Shown: positions 38,350 to 48,254, counted from the first letter of the stretch. The stretch is 59,327 nt of DNA from Thermoplasmata archaeon (GCA_041489255.1 JBGPQV010000018.1:1-59327); one strand, 5' to 3'. Notes: generated by a model not told the origin, from the letters alone. Made by a program: numbers and translations.

Positions 38350-39000
38350 TCACAGACTGCCCATGTAGGCTTCGAGTTCCTTCTCGTTCCTTATCGTCTT
38401 GCCCTTTCCCGCTCTTGCGTCGGCGATGTTCTTTCTAATCTCTCGAACTGCCTCGCCGCTCTTCAATTCCCTCCAGCAGTTAGCGTAAGTGTCGAAGTCG
38501 ATCAACTCGCCGTACTTGCTGCTGCGGAACGGGTAGGTGTCCTTTGACGCCTCGACAAGGTTCTTGGTCTTCACGGAGTACCATTCCTTGATCACCTCGT
38601 CCAGGATGTGCATCTCTTCCTTGGGGAGGTCGACCGAGGTCTGGGGCATCTTTGCCTTGTAGAACTTCGCATCCCGGCCATCCTTGGTTTTTCCGCGTTC
38701 CATGCCGATGTCGGGATGGACGCTATCGGCAATAATGGCGACTCCCTGACTCCAGGGGCCATAGTTCCAATTGACGAAATCCGCCCTGGAGAGGCGCCTG
38801 CCCAGTTTCTCAATCGCCCTCAGCTCCGCCATGTAGTAGAGCTTCATGAGGCGGCTCGCGGTGACCCGATAGTCCCTGGGATGGCGGAAGACGAGCCAGG
38901 TGACTATGTCCTTGACTCTCTTGGCGTCTTCTGCGGAGAACTCCGTCTGGGGCGGAAACTCGGAGAACTTGATGCCGATCTCTGCCCTATCGTTCTCCAT
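38350..39000 (-). CDS. Panacea (DUF4065/SocA) antitoxin
   Basis: LMKLYYMAE...DFVNWNYGPW motif; lies upstream of the RelE-family toxin. Confidence 0.85.
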   Translation of the reverse strand: MENDRAEIGIKFSEFPPQTEFSAEDAKRVKDIVTWLVFRHPRDYRVTASRLMKLYYMAELRAIEKLGRRLSRADFVNWNYGPWSQGVAIIADSVHPDIGMERGKTKDGRDAKFYKAKMPQTSVDLPKEEMHILDEVIKEWYSVKTKNLVEASKDTYPFRSSKYGELIDFDTYANCWRELKSGEAVREIRKNIADARAGKGKTIRNEKELEAYMGSL

Positions 39001-39209
39001 GCTTTCGTTCTCCTCCTGCGTCCATAATCAACCGCTCGGGTATATAGTGATTGGCAACCCTTTCTCAGCGTGAAGACAGGGGGATGATGAAAGTGCCCTC
39101 CCGACGCGACTCGCCGTCGGGCTGTTCGAAAAAGGAAAGGTGCCCCGCCCTTTCAAGCGGGGCTTGGGGGGAATGGGGACGGGATGGACCAGTGAGCGTC
39201 CGACAGTGT

Positions 39210-39244
39210 TTATCCCTCTGTTTTCGGCGGGATAATAATCATTG
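39210..39244. repeat. Right att site: inner arm TTATCCCTCTGTTTT plus 13-bp core
   Basis: Matches the left att site (17598-17633). Confidence 0.85.
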
Positions 39245-39320
39245 GGCTTTCCCACCACGGTCGCTTCAAATATCCCTCCCGCCATCGCGAGGCCGAGGAG
39301 CGCCGGGCCGGAGGCCGGAC

Positions 39321-40202
39321 ATGGTCGCGGAAATAATAGACGGTACCAGGATCGCCGAGAAGATGCGGGCCGAGATGAGGGCGAAGATCGCCGAGCTGAA
39401 GAGCAGGGGGATAACACCTGGTCTGGCGACAGTCCTCGTCGGCGACGACCCTGCCTCGAAATCCTATGTGGGCATGAAGGGCAAGGCATGCGTGGAGATG
39501 GGGATGTTCTCCGTCGGGGAGAGATTACCCGAGCAGGCGACCGAGGATGAGCTCCTCAGGGTGATCGAGAGGCTGAATGAAGACCCGCGAATCCATGGGA
39601 TCCTCCTCCAGCTGCCCCTGCCGAAGCACATCAATGAATCGAGGGTCATCTACGCAGTCTCTCCGGAGAAGGACGTGGACGGCTTGCACCCGGTGAACGT
39701 GGGGAGGATGATCTCGGGCGAGCCGGGCTTCGTCCCCTGCACGCCGCGTGGAATCCAGGAGCTGCTCATCAGGAGCGGTCACAGCCCCGAGGGCAAGCAC
39801 GTCGTCATCGTCGGGAGGAGCAACCTCGTCGGCAAGCCGCTCGCGAACATCCTCATCCAGAAGAAGAAGGGTGCCAACGCCACGGTGACCGTGTGCCACA
39901 CGGGGACGAAGGACATCGCGAAGCACACGAGGGCGGCGGACATCATCGTGGCGGCGGCGGGCAGACTGAACATGATCACGGCGGACATGGTCCGGGAAGG
40001 CGCGGTCGTCATCGACGTCGGCACGAACAGGGTTGACGACCTTACCGCCAAGAGGGGATACAGGCTAGTCGGCGACGTTGACTTCGAGGCGGTCAGGCAG
40101 AAGGCGGGCGCGATCTCGCCCGTCCCCGGCGGCGTCGGGCCGATGACCATCACGCTGCTCCTCGCGAACACGATAGAGGCGGCGGCCAGGACTGTCCGCT
40201 AG
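39321..40202 (+). CDS. folD: Methylene-THF dehydrogenase/cyclohydrolase
   Basis: PGLATVLVGDDPAS, QLPLP, KDVDG, PCTP, GRSNLVGKP, PVPGGVGPMT; GGAGG RBS. Confidence 0.97.
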   Translation: MVAEIIDGTRIAEKMRAEMRAKIAELKSRGITPGLATVLVGDDPASKSYVGMKGKACVEMGMFSVGERLPEQATEDELLRVIERLNEDPRIHGILLQLPLPKHINESRVIYAVSPEKDVDGLHPVNVGRMISGEPGFVPCTPRGIQELLIRSGHSPEGKHVVIVGRSNLVGKPLANILIQKKKGANATVTVCHTGTKDIAKHTRAADIIVAAAGRLNMITADMVREGAVVIDVGTNRVDDLTAKRGYRLVGDVDFEAVRQKAGAISPVPGGVGPMTITLLLANTIEAAARTVR

Positions 40203-40286
40203 GCGGACGCTCCCGCCGATCCAGCAGCTCATGGAGGATAAGAACAAACAAATATTCCCCCGCACATGCACGGCTGCGGTGACGGG

Positions 40287-40535
40287 ATGGCACCACTGAA
40301 AGAATTGTCCGACTACGAGGACGAGCGAAGGCAGGAAAAGTTCGCCAAGACGGAAGTGCACAACGCCGAGTCCGTCGTGAACGAGGCGCGGAGAGGTAAC
40401 TACGACGTTGCCGAGGCGGCGCAGACACTCGCGCACGCCAAGGAGAAGTTCGAGGCAAAGGACTTCTCCAAGGCGATCGAGCTTTCCTTGGAATGCAGGA
40501 AGATCGCCTACGCGCTGATGAACAAGAGAGGCTGA
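40287..40535 (+). CDS. Small helical hypothetical protein
   Basis: Host-like codon use. Confidence 0.6.
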   Translation: MAPLKELSDYEDERRQEKFAKTEVHNAESVVNEARRGNYDVAEAAQTLAHAKEKFEAKDFSKAIELSLECRKIAYALMNKRG

Positions 40536-40551
40536 CCGCGGGGGGTCTCGC

Positions 40552-40821
40552 TTGCCCAATCAGAACACGAAGGTGAAGCTGGAGGAAGACCTCAAGCTGA
40601 TACCGGGTACGTTTTCCGTGCACGTGATGCTCGACAAGAAGAAGTTCACCGAGGAGGACAAGGAGCGGCTCGTCGGCGCGATACAGGACGTGGTCTACGC
40701 GATGAAGGTGCAGAACATCGGCCACTATCCCCTCGAGTTCGACGCGCACAACGCGCACGTCATGATCAGGAAGCATCTCGCGTCGCACGGCGAGAGGATC
40801 AAGGTCGCGTACGCGCGGTAG
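40552..40821 (+). CDS. Small hypothetical protein
   Basis: Host-like codon use; TTG start. Confidence 0.6.
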   Translation: MPNQNTKVKLEEDLKLIPGTFSVHVMLDKKKFTEEDKERLVGAIQDVVYAMKVQNIGHYPLEFDAHNAHVMIRKHLASHGERIKVAYAR

Positions 40822-40833
40822 TCGTCTCGGGCG

Positions 40834-42123
40834 CTACATCGTCAGGGCGCCGCCCATCAGGTCCCTGAGCATCGCGAGAAGCGACGCGTCCTTCGCCTTG
40901 ATCTCGTCGAGCACGGTCTCGATCGCCCTCTTCTTCCCGCCGCCATCCATCGTGTAGATCCTTTCGATGATGTCGCAGAGGAGCCTGGGGTAGAGCGAGT
41001 AGAGCCGCGGGTTCGCCATGTACTGCGAACCCTTGCGGAACGTCGCCAGGTCGGTCAGGACATTTTCCCTCCGGAGGATCTGGCTGTATGCCCCCAGGCC
41101 GACTTCGGAGAAGTCGCCCCGGCTCGCAGCAAGCTTGACCGCCTCGGCCGCCGCCATGCCCGACGCGATCGCGAGATCGACGCCCCTGAATGTGTATCCG
41201 TGGTTGATCAGGAAACCCGCCGCGTCGCCTGCCGCCAGGAAGTTGTCTGCATACGGGCGGCGGAGCGTCCCGACGCCCAGCTCGGGGATCATGTGAGACG
41301 AGTACTCGATGACCTTCCCGCCGCGGAGGAGCCGCGCGATGGTCGGATGCCTCTTGAACTTCTCCTGGAGTGCGTGCACCTCGACCTTGTTCGCGGAGAC
41401 CTCTTCTGATGACACGACCAGGCCGAGGGAGACCGTGTCCTTGTTGGTGTAGATGAAGCCGCCGCCGTGCAGGAACCCGCTCGGCTGGCCCGCCAGAACG
41501 TAGGCCGCGCCCTCGTTCTCTGCGACGCCGAACCTGTCCTGTATCGTCTCCGGCGGCAGGCCGATCGTCTCCTTGACGCCGACGGAAACCATCTGCGGCG
41601 GCATCTCGCCCCTGAGGCCGGCTCTTTGCGTGAACTTCGAGACGACGCCGTCCGCGGCGATCACGACGTCAGCGCCGATCCTGTCGCTTCCCGCCACGAT
41701 GCCTTTCGTCCTGCCGCCTTCCATCCAGAGGTCGTCGACCCTTATCTCGGTGATCAAGGTCGCCCCGGCCCCCTCCGCCTTCTGCGCGAGCCAGCTGTCG
41801 AACTTGGAGCGCAGGGCGGTGAAGCTCGCCGCCTTTCCTGAGGCCAGTCGGGGCGACTCGAACTGCACGAGAAGGGACTGGTCCTGGGTCATGAACGCGA
41901 AGCAGTCCTTGGTGACCATACTCTCCACCGGGCAGTCGTCGCGCCAATTAGGGACGAGCTTGGAGAGGGGATAGGAATAGATGCGCCCGCCGAACACGTT
42001 CTTCTGCCCGGGGGTCTTTCCGCGCTCGACGAGAAGCACCTTCAGCTTCTCCCGGGCGAGTGCAATCGCTGCTGCGCTCCCTGCAGGACCCGCGCCTATG
42101 ACGATTGCGTCGTAGCGCTCCAA
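40834..42123 (-). CDS. fixC: FixC-like ETF:quinone oxidoreductase flavoprotein
   Basis: IGAGPAG, ERG..PGQKNVFGG, IEYSSHMIPE, AGDAAG..RGVDLAIASG. Confidence 0.85.
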   Translation of the reverse strand: MERYDAIVIGAGPAGSAAAIALAREKLKVLLVERGKTPGQKNVFGGRIYSYPLSKLVPNWRDDCPVESMVTKDCFAFMTQDQSLLVQFESPRLASGKAASFTALRSKFDSWLAQKAEGAGATLITEIRVDDLWMEGGRTKGIVAGSDRIGADVVIAADGVVSKFTQRAGLRGEMPPQMVSVGVKETIGLPPETIQDRFGVAENEGAAYVLAGQPSGFLHGGGFIYTNKDTVSLGLVVSSEEVSANKVEVHALQEKFKRHPTIARLLRGGKVIEYSSHMIPELGVGTLRRPYADNFLAAGDAAGFLINHGYTFRGVDLAIASGMAAAEAVKLAASRGDFSEVGLGAYSQILRRENVLTDLATFRKGSQYMANPRLYSLYPRLLCDIIERIYTMDGGGKKRAIETVLDEIKAKDASLLAMLRDLMGGALTM

Positions 42124-42202
42124 AGTATCTGGCCTCCGCGGCGGTCGTGGCCGGGGCTCGACAAGATTCGGGCGCTTTAAAATGTTTGGACAGGGCGGGC
42201 AC

Positions 42203-42853
42203 TCAATCGTCCAGGGCGGCGCGGACCGGCCATATCGCCCTCGACCGCACGGAGAGCATCATCGAGGTGAAGCCGAGGCCCATGAGCAGGAAGGTCCCGA
42301 TGGTCGAGGTGAGCAGCGGATCGATTGCGGCGGTGCTCTCCAGACCGCCGTAGAATATCAGATAGCCCCACGCCCAAAGCGCGCTCAATAGCAGGAGGCA
42401 CAGCCCCACGCCCCAGAGGAAAGCGCGCCACGGACGCCGGGGCAGGATCAGATGGCTCCACCTTTCCCATCCCTTTGCATTCCGGTCTGCCTCCTTCGTT
42501 CTCAGCATCAGCAGGAACGCCGGGACTAGCGGCAGGGCCAAGAACGCGATTGCGATGGCGGGGTTCGCGGAGAACGAATGGTTCGTGCCCGCGTTGTATG
42601 TCGCGGCCACGGTTTTCCAGGAGAACCCATTCGCGATGACGAGAATCGCTGGCTGCACTTCCCAATGTTCGGATTCGGTCGTGCACGTCTGGCCAGGCGG
42701 GTTGCATGATGACCATTCCGAGACGAGAACCTGAACGGGGCACAGCGGCGAGAACAAGGCGACGACATATGAAAGGCAGAGGATGAGCGCCGCGGGGACT
42801 CTGATCTTCTCGAGGGATGTCATCGGTGGACCGGTTCCTGTCATTGACCTCAT
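42203..42853 (-). CDS. Membrane protein
   Basis: Four hydrophobic segments. Confidence 0.6.
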   Translation of the reverse strand: MRSMTGTGPPMTSLEKIRVPAALILCLSYVVALFSPLCPVQVLVSEWSSCNPPGQTCTTESEHWEVQPAILVIANGFSWKTVAATYNAGTNHSFSANPAIAIAFLALPLVPAFLLMLRTKEADRNAKGWERWSHLILPRRPWRAFLWGVGLCLLLLSALWAWGYLIFYGGLESTAAIDPLLTSTIGTFLLMGLGFTSMMLSVRSRAIWPVRAALDD

Positions 42854-42963
42854 GCGGTTGCAAGCTACAAAGCTTTCCCGACAAGGGAGGCGGACGCCTG
42901 CTGGCGGGAATTCAGCGATACCTTTTTATCGGTCGCGTTCATGGCTTTCATTGAGGGCTTCCC

Positions 42964-43983
42964 ATGGTAGAGAAGAAGGCGGCGGTCGCGAAGCAGACAG
43001 CGGTCGCGAAGCAGGGCAGAGAGAAGATCGGCATAGGCAGACTGCTGGGGATGGTGGGCGGCATCATCACTCTCGTCGGGGCTCTCTTGCCCTGGGTGAC
43101 TCTCTCCGGTGGCCGGCTCTCTTCGCCACAGATGTTCCTCGGAGTCTCGACCGGATTCTTCGGGGTACTATTGAGCCAACTGGGCTTCTTCGGCATCGTG
43201 ATGATGTTCGACGGCAAGAAGACGACCTCGTTGGGCGGCCTGGCCCTGGGCGCATCCGGTTTCGTTTTGTCGGTTCTCACCCTGGCATCCCTGGGCGTCC
43301 TGTCGGTCGGCGACACGTCCGGAATCAACATCGAAATCGGCCTCGGCATCTACGTGTGCATAGTCGGATCGATCATGCTGCTGGTGGGCTCCATCCTTGC
43401 ACTGATTGAGGCGGGCAAGCCAAGGAAGCTGCCGATACCGCCGGCGAAACCCGCCAAGAAGGGCAAGCCAGTCGAGGCCTTGGTGCTGTTCGCCGCGACT
43501 CTGGCGGGGGCGGTCCTCCTGCTCGCATACCCGTGGACCTACGGAAAGGCGGACGCGGTCGGGGCCATCTACTTCCTTTACGGACTGATACTTGCGCCGA
43601 CCTCGTACTACGTGTTCAAGGTCGAGTACTGGACCTGGGGAACTCTCCTCATGGTCCTGATACTCACAATGCTGTTCGCGATCCTTGCGTCCACATTCGT
43701 CCTGCTCGCCTACGCGGACGCGCTCGCGATCATCCTATTCTTCACGCAATCGACCTATGGCGTCGGCATCTGGAAGGTCGACCGGGCGAGGGAAGAGGAG
43801 CAGAAGAAGGCCAGGGACGTCGTGCGCACGGCGAACCCCGAGGGCCTTCACTGCCCGAGGTGCAAGAGCTCGGACGTCTACATCTGCGACGACGGCTCGA
43901 CGTACTGCAGGAGCTGCAAGACGGGCTTCGTGAACATACACGACACCTCGGCCAAGCCGAGGAGCTCGATGCAGGGAGTATAG
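42964..43983 (+). CDS. Multi-pass membrane protein with C-terminal zinc ribbon
   Basis: About eight TM helices; CPRC..CRSC. Confidence 0.75.
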   Translation: MVEKKAAVAKQTAVAKQGREKIGIGRLLGMVGGIITLVGALLPWVTLSGGRLSSPQMFLGVSTGFFGVLLSQLGFFGIVMMFDGKKTTSLGGLALGASGFVLSVLTLASLGVLSVGDTSGINIEIGLGIYVCIVGSIMLLVGSILALIEAGKPRKLPIPPAKPAKKGKPVEALVLFAATLAGAVLLLAYPWTYGKADAVGAIYFLYGLILAPTSYYVFKVEYWTWGTLLMVLILTMLFAILASTFVLLAYADALAIILFFTQSTYGVGIWKVDRAREEEQKKARDVVRTANPEGLHCPRCKSSDVYICDDGSTYCRSCKTGFVNIHDTSAKPRSSMQGV

Positions 43984-44077
43984 GGTAAGGCAGCTCAGGT
44001 CGCGTGAGAGGTCTCGGTTGAAATACCTCCACGGTTATCGCTGAACTGCGTCCCTCCAAGAGCCGGGGCGCAGAGGA

Positions 44078-45238
44078 GTGAGGATGGTTTCCTTCGAGCT
44101 CACCGACGAGCAGAAGCTGATGCAGAAGACCGCGCACGAGTTCGCCGTGAAGGAGATCAGGCCCGTCGCGATGGAATGCGACAGGAGGGGGGACATCCCC
44201 TGGGGCGTTCTGAGGAAGGCTCACGCCCTCGGGCTGACAAACGCCATGATCCCCGCCAAATACGGCGGCGGCGGAGTCGAGAGCATCCTCGGCAACTGCG
44301 TGGTCATCGAGGAGCTGATGTGGGGATGCGCGGGGATCGCGACTTCGCTGGTTGGCGGGGCGCTGGCCTTCCTCCCGATCACGTACATGGGCACGGAGGA
44401 GCAGAAAGCGAGGCTACTGCCGAGGTTCTGCGGCAGTGAGCCGAAGCTCGGCGCTCTCTGTGTCACAGAGGCGGATGCTGGAAGCGACGTGGCGGCAATC
44501 GCGACCAAGGCCGAGACGAAAGGCGGCGAGTGGGTCATAAACGGCGTGAAGCGTTTCATCACGAACGGCGGCATCGCGGAGATACACGTTGTATTCGCGA
44601 CGGTCGACCCGAGCCTGAAGTACCTCGGCCTCCGGGCTTTTGCGGTGGAGAAGGGGAATCCCGGATTGAGACAGGGGAAGGTCGAGGACAAGATGGGGAT
44701 CAGGTCATCGCACACCGCCGAGGTCATCCTGGAAGATTGTCACGTGCCCCTGGAGAACCAGCTTGGCGGGGAGACCGAATCCGCGTTCTACGGCGCGATG
44801 ATGACGCTCGAGCGCACGAGGCCTCTCGTCGCTGCGGGGGCGATTGGCGTGGCGAGGGCGGCGTACGAGTATGCGCTTGACTTCAGCAGGAAAAGGAAAG
44901 CCTTCGGGGCGCCGATCGCGAAGAAGCAGGGGATTGCATTCATGCTCGCCGACATGAAGACGAAGATAGACGCGGCGAGGCTCTTGACCTGGCTCGCAGC
45001 GTGGAGGGCGGATAACAATATGCCGATGAACAAGGAAGCGGCGGAGGCGAAGCAGTTCGCTGCCGATGCCGCCATGGAGGTCACGACGAACGCCGTGCAG
45101 ATCCTCGGCGGCTCGGGCTACATGAAAGACGAGCCTGTAGAGAAGTGGATGCGCGATGCGAAGGCCTTCCAGATTTGGGAGGGGACGTCGGAGATACAGA
45201 AGCTGGTCGTCTCGAGAGAAGAGATCGGGGACCTCTAG
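44078..45238 (+). CDS. Acyl-CoA dehydrogenase
   Basis: TEADAGSD, NGVKRFITNG, KMGIR, QILGGSGY, IWEGTSEIQ. Confidence 0.96.
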   Translation: MRMVSFELTDEQKLMQKTAHEFAVKEIRPVAMECDRRGDIPWGVLRKAHALGLTNAMIPAKYGGGGVESILGNCVVIEELMWGCAGIATSLVGGALAFLPITYMGTEEQKARLLPRFCGSEPKLGALCVTEADAGSDVAAIATKAETKGGEWVINGVKRFITNGGIAEIHVVFATVDPSLKYLGLRAFAVEKGNPGLRQGKVEDKMGIRSSHTAEVILEDCHVPLENQLGGETESAFYGAMMTLERTRPLVAAGAIGVARAAYEYALDFSRKRKAFGAPIAKKQGIAFMLADMKTKIDAARLLTWLAAWRADNNMPMNKEAAEAKQFAADAAMEVTTNAVQILGGSGYMKDEPVEKWMRDAKAFQIWEGTSEIQKLVVSREEIGDL

Positions 45239-46380
45239 CCCTCACGCTCGATTATCGTCGCGATCCCCTGGCCGAGCCCTATGCAGAGGCTCGACAGCCC
45301 GCGCCTCGAGCCCCGCCGCTCCATCTCGTGCAGCAGGGTCGTCATGAGGCGCGCTCCGCTGCAGCCGAGGGGGTGACCGAGGGCTATCGCACCGCCATTC
45401 ACGTTCATCCTCGCATCATCGATGCCGAACGTCTTCGCCGTGGCAAGAGGGACAGACGCGAAGGCTTCGTTGATTTCCCAGAGGTCGATGTCCTCGACCG
45501 CCAGACCGGCGCGCTCCAGCGCCTTCCTGATGGCGGGAATCGTGCCGTCGAGCATGACGACGGGGTCGACCCCGACCACCGCCATCGAGACAACCCGTGC
45601 CCTCGGCTTCAGGCCGAGTTCGTCGGCTTTCTCGCGTGAAGCGAGGAGCAACGCGGCGGCGCCGTCGCTGATCCCCGAGGAATTGCCCGCAGTGATCCTC
45701 CCATCAGGCTTGAACGCCGGCTTCAGCGCCGCCAGTCGTTCGAGGGTCGTGTCTCGCCTCGGATGTTCGTCGACGTCAAACCGCGATTCCTTCCCGGAGT
45801 CATCGACGGCTGGAACCGCCACGGTCTCCTTCAGGAACAAGCCGCCGTCGATGGCGGCGATTGCCCTGCGGTGGCTCTCCAATGAATATTCGTCCATCCG
45901 CTGGCGGGTGATCCCGTACTTGTCCGCGACGAGATCGGCGGAGATCCCTTGAGGCACGAGCTGATAGCGCGCGAGGTAGCGCGGGTTGAATGCGTCCACG
46001 TCCGAGAGCAGCGGCACGCGCGTCATGCTCTCGACGCCGCCGCCGATCATCATGTCCCCGCTCCCCGACATTATCGCCTGCGCGGCGAAGTCCACCGCCT
46101 GCTGTCCTGAGCCGCACAGCCTGTTCACGGATGTCCCCGCAACAGTCTCGGGGAAACCGGCGATCAGCGCCGCGAGGCGCGCGATATTCAGTCCCTGCTC
46201 CTTGATCTGCGTGTTGCATCCGAGGATGACGTCTTCCACTTGCCCGGGATCGACCCCCGCGCGCGCTACCAACTCTCTGAGCACGAGCGCGGCGAGGTCG
46301 TCAGCGCGGACGTCCCTCAGCGCGCCGTTCCTCTTCGCGATCGGTGTCCTGACCGCCCAGACTATCACGGCTTCGTGCAT
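45235..46380 (-). CDS. Acetyl-CoA acyltransferase (thiolase)
   Basis: NRLCGSG, EINEAFA, NGGAIALGHPLG, LCIGLGQG. Confidence 0.96.
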   Translation of the reverse strand: MHEAVIVWAVRTPIAKRNGALRDVRADDLAALVLRELVARAGVDPGQVEDVILGCNTQIKEQGLNIARLAALIAGFPETVAGTSVNRLCGSGQQAVDFAAQAIMSGSGDMMIGGGVESMTRVPLLSDVDAFNPRYLARYQLVPQGISADLVADKYGITRQRMDEYSLESHRRAIAAIDGGLFLKETVAVPAVDDSGKESRFDVDEHPRRDTTLERLAALKPAFKPDGRITAGNSSGISDGAAALLLASREKADELGLKPRARVVSMAVVGVDPVVMLDGTIPAIRKALERAGLAVEDIDLWEINEAFASVPLATAKTFGIDDARMNVNGGAIALGHPLGCSGARLMTTLLHEMERRGSRRGLSSLCIGLGQGIATIIEREG

Positions 46381-46476
46381 CGAACTGTCCGAACCGCCGC
46401 AAGCCGGACGGGAGATATCAATCCTCGCAGCCGCCCCGGCGAAAGGCTAATGACCGCGGCCCGCAATCGCAGGTGC

Positions 46477-46701
46477 ATGGCACGGTTGGCACCGCCGAAA
46501 GAGAAGGGGAGCGAGACGTGCATGGTCTCGGGCTGCAAGGAAGATGCAGCGCGTTCGATATCAGCCGACAAGCTGAAGAAGACGCTCTCCGGGGTCTCCC
46601 TCAAGACGGACTCGAGGAGAATCCACATCTGCAAGACTCACTACCGCCAGTTCCGCAAGAAGACGAAGGGGGAGAGGGAGCTGGAGAGGCTCGGCTGGTA
46701 A
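46477..46701 (+). CDS. Small basic zinc-binding protein
   Basis: CMVSGC..HICKTHY; AGGTG RBS. Confidence 0.7.
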   Translation: MARLAPPKEKGSETCMVSGCKEDAARSISADKLKKTLSGVSLKTDSRRIHICKTHYRQFRKKTKGERELERLGW

Positions 46702-46738
46702 GGCACAGGTTTAACACCAGCCCGGCTTTGGTCGGAGT

Positions 46739-47857
46739 GTGAAGTCAGCTGCGGTGCTGTTCCTCTCCAGCGGCGCTTCCTACGCGAGCCTGGTTTTCGT
46801 CGCGGGATTCGCGAAGGACAACCTCGGCGCGACCGCGTTCGAAGTCGGGGTGATCGTGGGCTTCTTCAACTTCACGTTCCTGCTTTCCTCGTTCATCCTC
46901 GGGCGCCGGGCGGACATGCACGGAAGGAGGCTCATCCTCATCTCAGGTCTGATCGCCTCCGCAGGCGCGTCCGTGACGCAGACATTCGCCTATGACGCGT
47001 TCACCCTGGCCCTGAGCAGGGGCCTGGTCGGCTTTGCAGGCGGGGCGTATCCGGCGGCCCTCCTGACGTACGCGCAGGAGACGAACGAGAAGATGGGGAA
47101 GTTCTCCTCGTACGGTAGCCTGGGATGGGGTGTCGCTTCCCTCGTCGCGGGTGCGCTCGGCGTGTACTGGCAGATATTCGCCCTCACCTCCGGGCTCTTC
47201 TTCGCGGGCTTCCTCCTGGCGCTCGTCATGCCATTCGGCGAGGAGAGGCTCGTGAGCGTCCCCCGTTTCCCCCTGGCCATCCTGAAGAAGAATCTGCCGA
47301 TCTACGGGGCGATGCTCATCCGCCACACCGGAGCGAACGCCGCTTGGGTCCTTTTCACGCCCTACATGATCGAGTCGCTGCATTTCGACCTGCTGCAGGT
47401 AGGGGCCGTCTACGCGATCAACCCGATCTTCCAGTTCATCGTCATGCAGGCCACCGACAGGTTCAGGAGCATCCCGCTGGTCTACGTCGGCCTCCTGTTC
47501 TCCATTCTCGGGTTCCTCGCCATGGGGTTCGCGACCGACTTCCCGCAGATGATGCTCACCCAGCTGCTGATAGGCGTGAGCTGGGCGGCGCTCTATGTCG
47601 GCTCGGTCAAGTTCGTCATGGAGAGGAACTTGGAGAGGGCGACCGCGACCGGTCTGCTCAACTCGACCATAGGCGTGAGCTCGATCGCGGGGCCATTCAT
47701 CGGCGGGACCCTCGTCACCGTATCTCTCGCAATCGGCCTGCCTCCGGATCTCGCGTACAGGACTACATTCTACGCGGCGGCGATCATGGCCCTGATCGCG
47801 CTGGCGGCGCTCCCTTACATCAACGGCCGCAGGGCTATCCCAAGGCCAGCTTCCTGA
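46739..47857 (+). CDS. MFS transporter
   Basis: Motif A GRRADMHGRR; about 12 TM helices. Confidence 0.92.
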   Translation: MKSAAVLFLSSGASYASLVFVAGFAKDNLGATAFEVGVIVGFFNFTFLLSSFILGRRADMHGRRLILISGLIASAGASVTQTFAYDAFTLALSRGLVGFAGGAYPAALLTYAQETNEKMGKFSSYGSLGWGVASLVAGALGVYWQIFALTSGLFFAGFLLALVMPFGEERLVSVPRFPLAILKKNLPIYGAMLIRHTGANAAWVLFTPYMIESLHFDLLQVGAVYAINPIFQFIVMQATDRFRSIPLVYVGLLFSILGFLAMGFATDFPQMMLTQLLIGVSWAALYVGSVKFVMERNLERATATGLLNSTIGVSSIAGPFIGGTLVTVSLAIGLPPDLAYRTTFYAAAIMALIALAALPYINGRRAIPRPAS

Positions 47858-48254
47858 GGCCGTCCCTGCCGTCCATCTCCCGCGTCATCTGGAGCCTCGA
47901 GAGCTTCTGGATGCAGACCTCGCCTACCGTCGCGACGGTCGCCTTGAAGACGTGGCCGCCCTTGAGGACGAAGTCCCTTCCCGAAACGGCGGCATGGAGG
48001 TGCATCGGCGGGTCGGAATTGAGGGTGATCGTCCCGTGCAGGCCGACCAGTTCGTGGGCCTCTGGGAATGTCTTGCGGTGGTACTGCCTCCCGTCGAAGT
48101 AGCCGAGCTCGAAGTCCTTCAGCTGCCCTATGCCGAAGACGACGTAGCCGCTCGACACGCCCTGGTCCCACGCGGCCTTCCTGAGAGACTCGAGCATGTC
48201 CTCCCCGTCGTCCATCCTCACCATCACGATGCTGCCGTCAACGGCCGACCTCAT
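47835..48254 (-). CDS. PPC/DUF296 domain protein
   Basis: ELVGLHGTI..HLHAAV..GGHV. Confidence 0.88.
   Translation of the reverse strand: MRSAVDGSIVMVRMDDGEDMLESLRKAAWDQGVSSGYVVFGIGQLKDFELGYFDGRQYHRKTFPEAHELVGLHGTITLNSDPPMHLHAAVSGRDFVLKGGHVFKATVATVGEVCIQKLSRLQMTREMDGRDGLRKLALG

Larger units (their letters stand above)
17598..39244. mobile_element. ~21.6-kb integrated element between fhs and folD
   Basis: Direct repeat ATAATAATCATTG at 17598-17610 and 39232-39244; integrase at the left boundary; recombinases, TA pairs and MTase inside; functionally linked host genes on both sides. Confidence 0.9.

Noticed and set aside
17598-39244. Casposon or tailed provirus interpretation
   Set aside because: No Cas1, PolB, capsid, portal or terminase motifs recognised.
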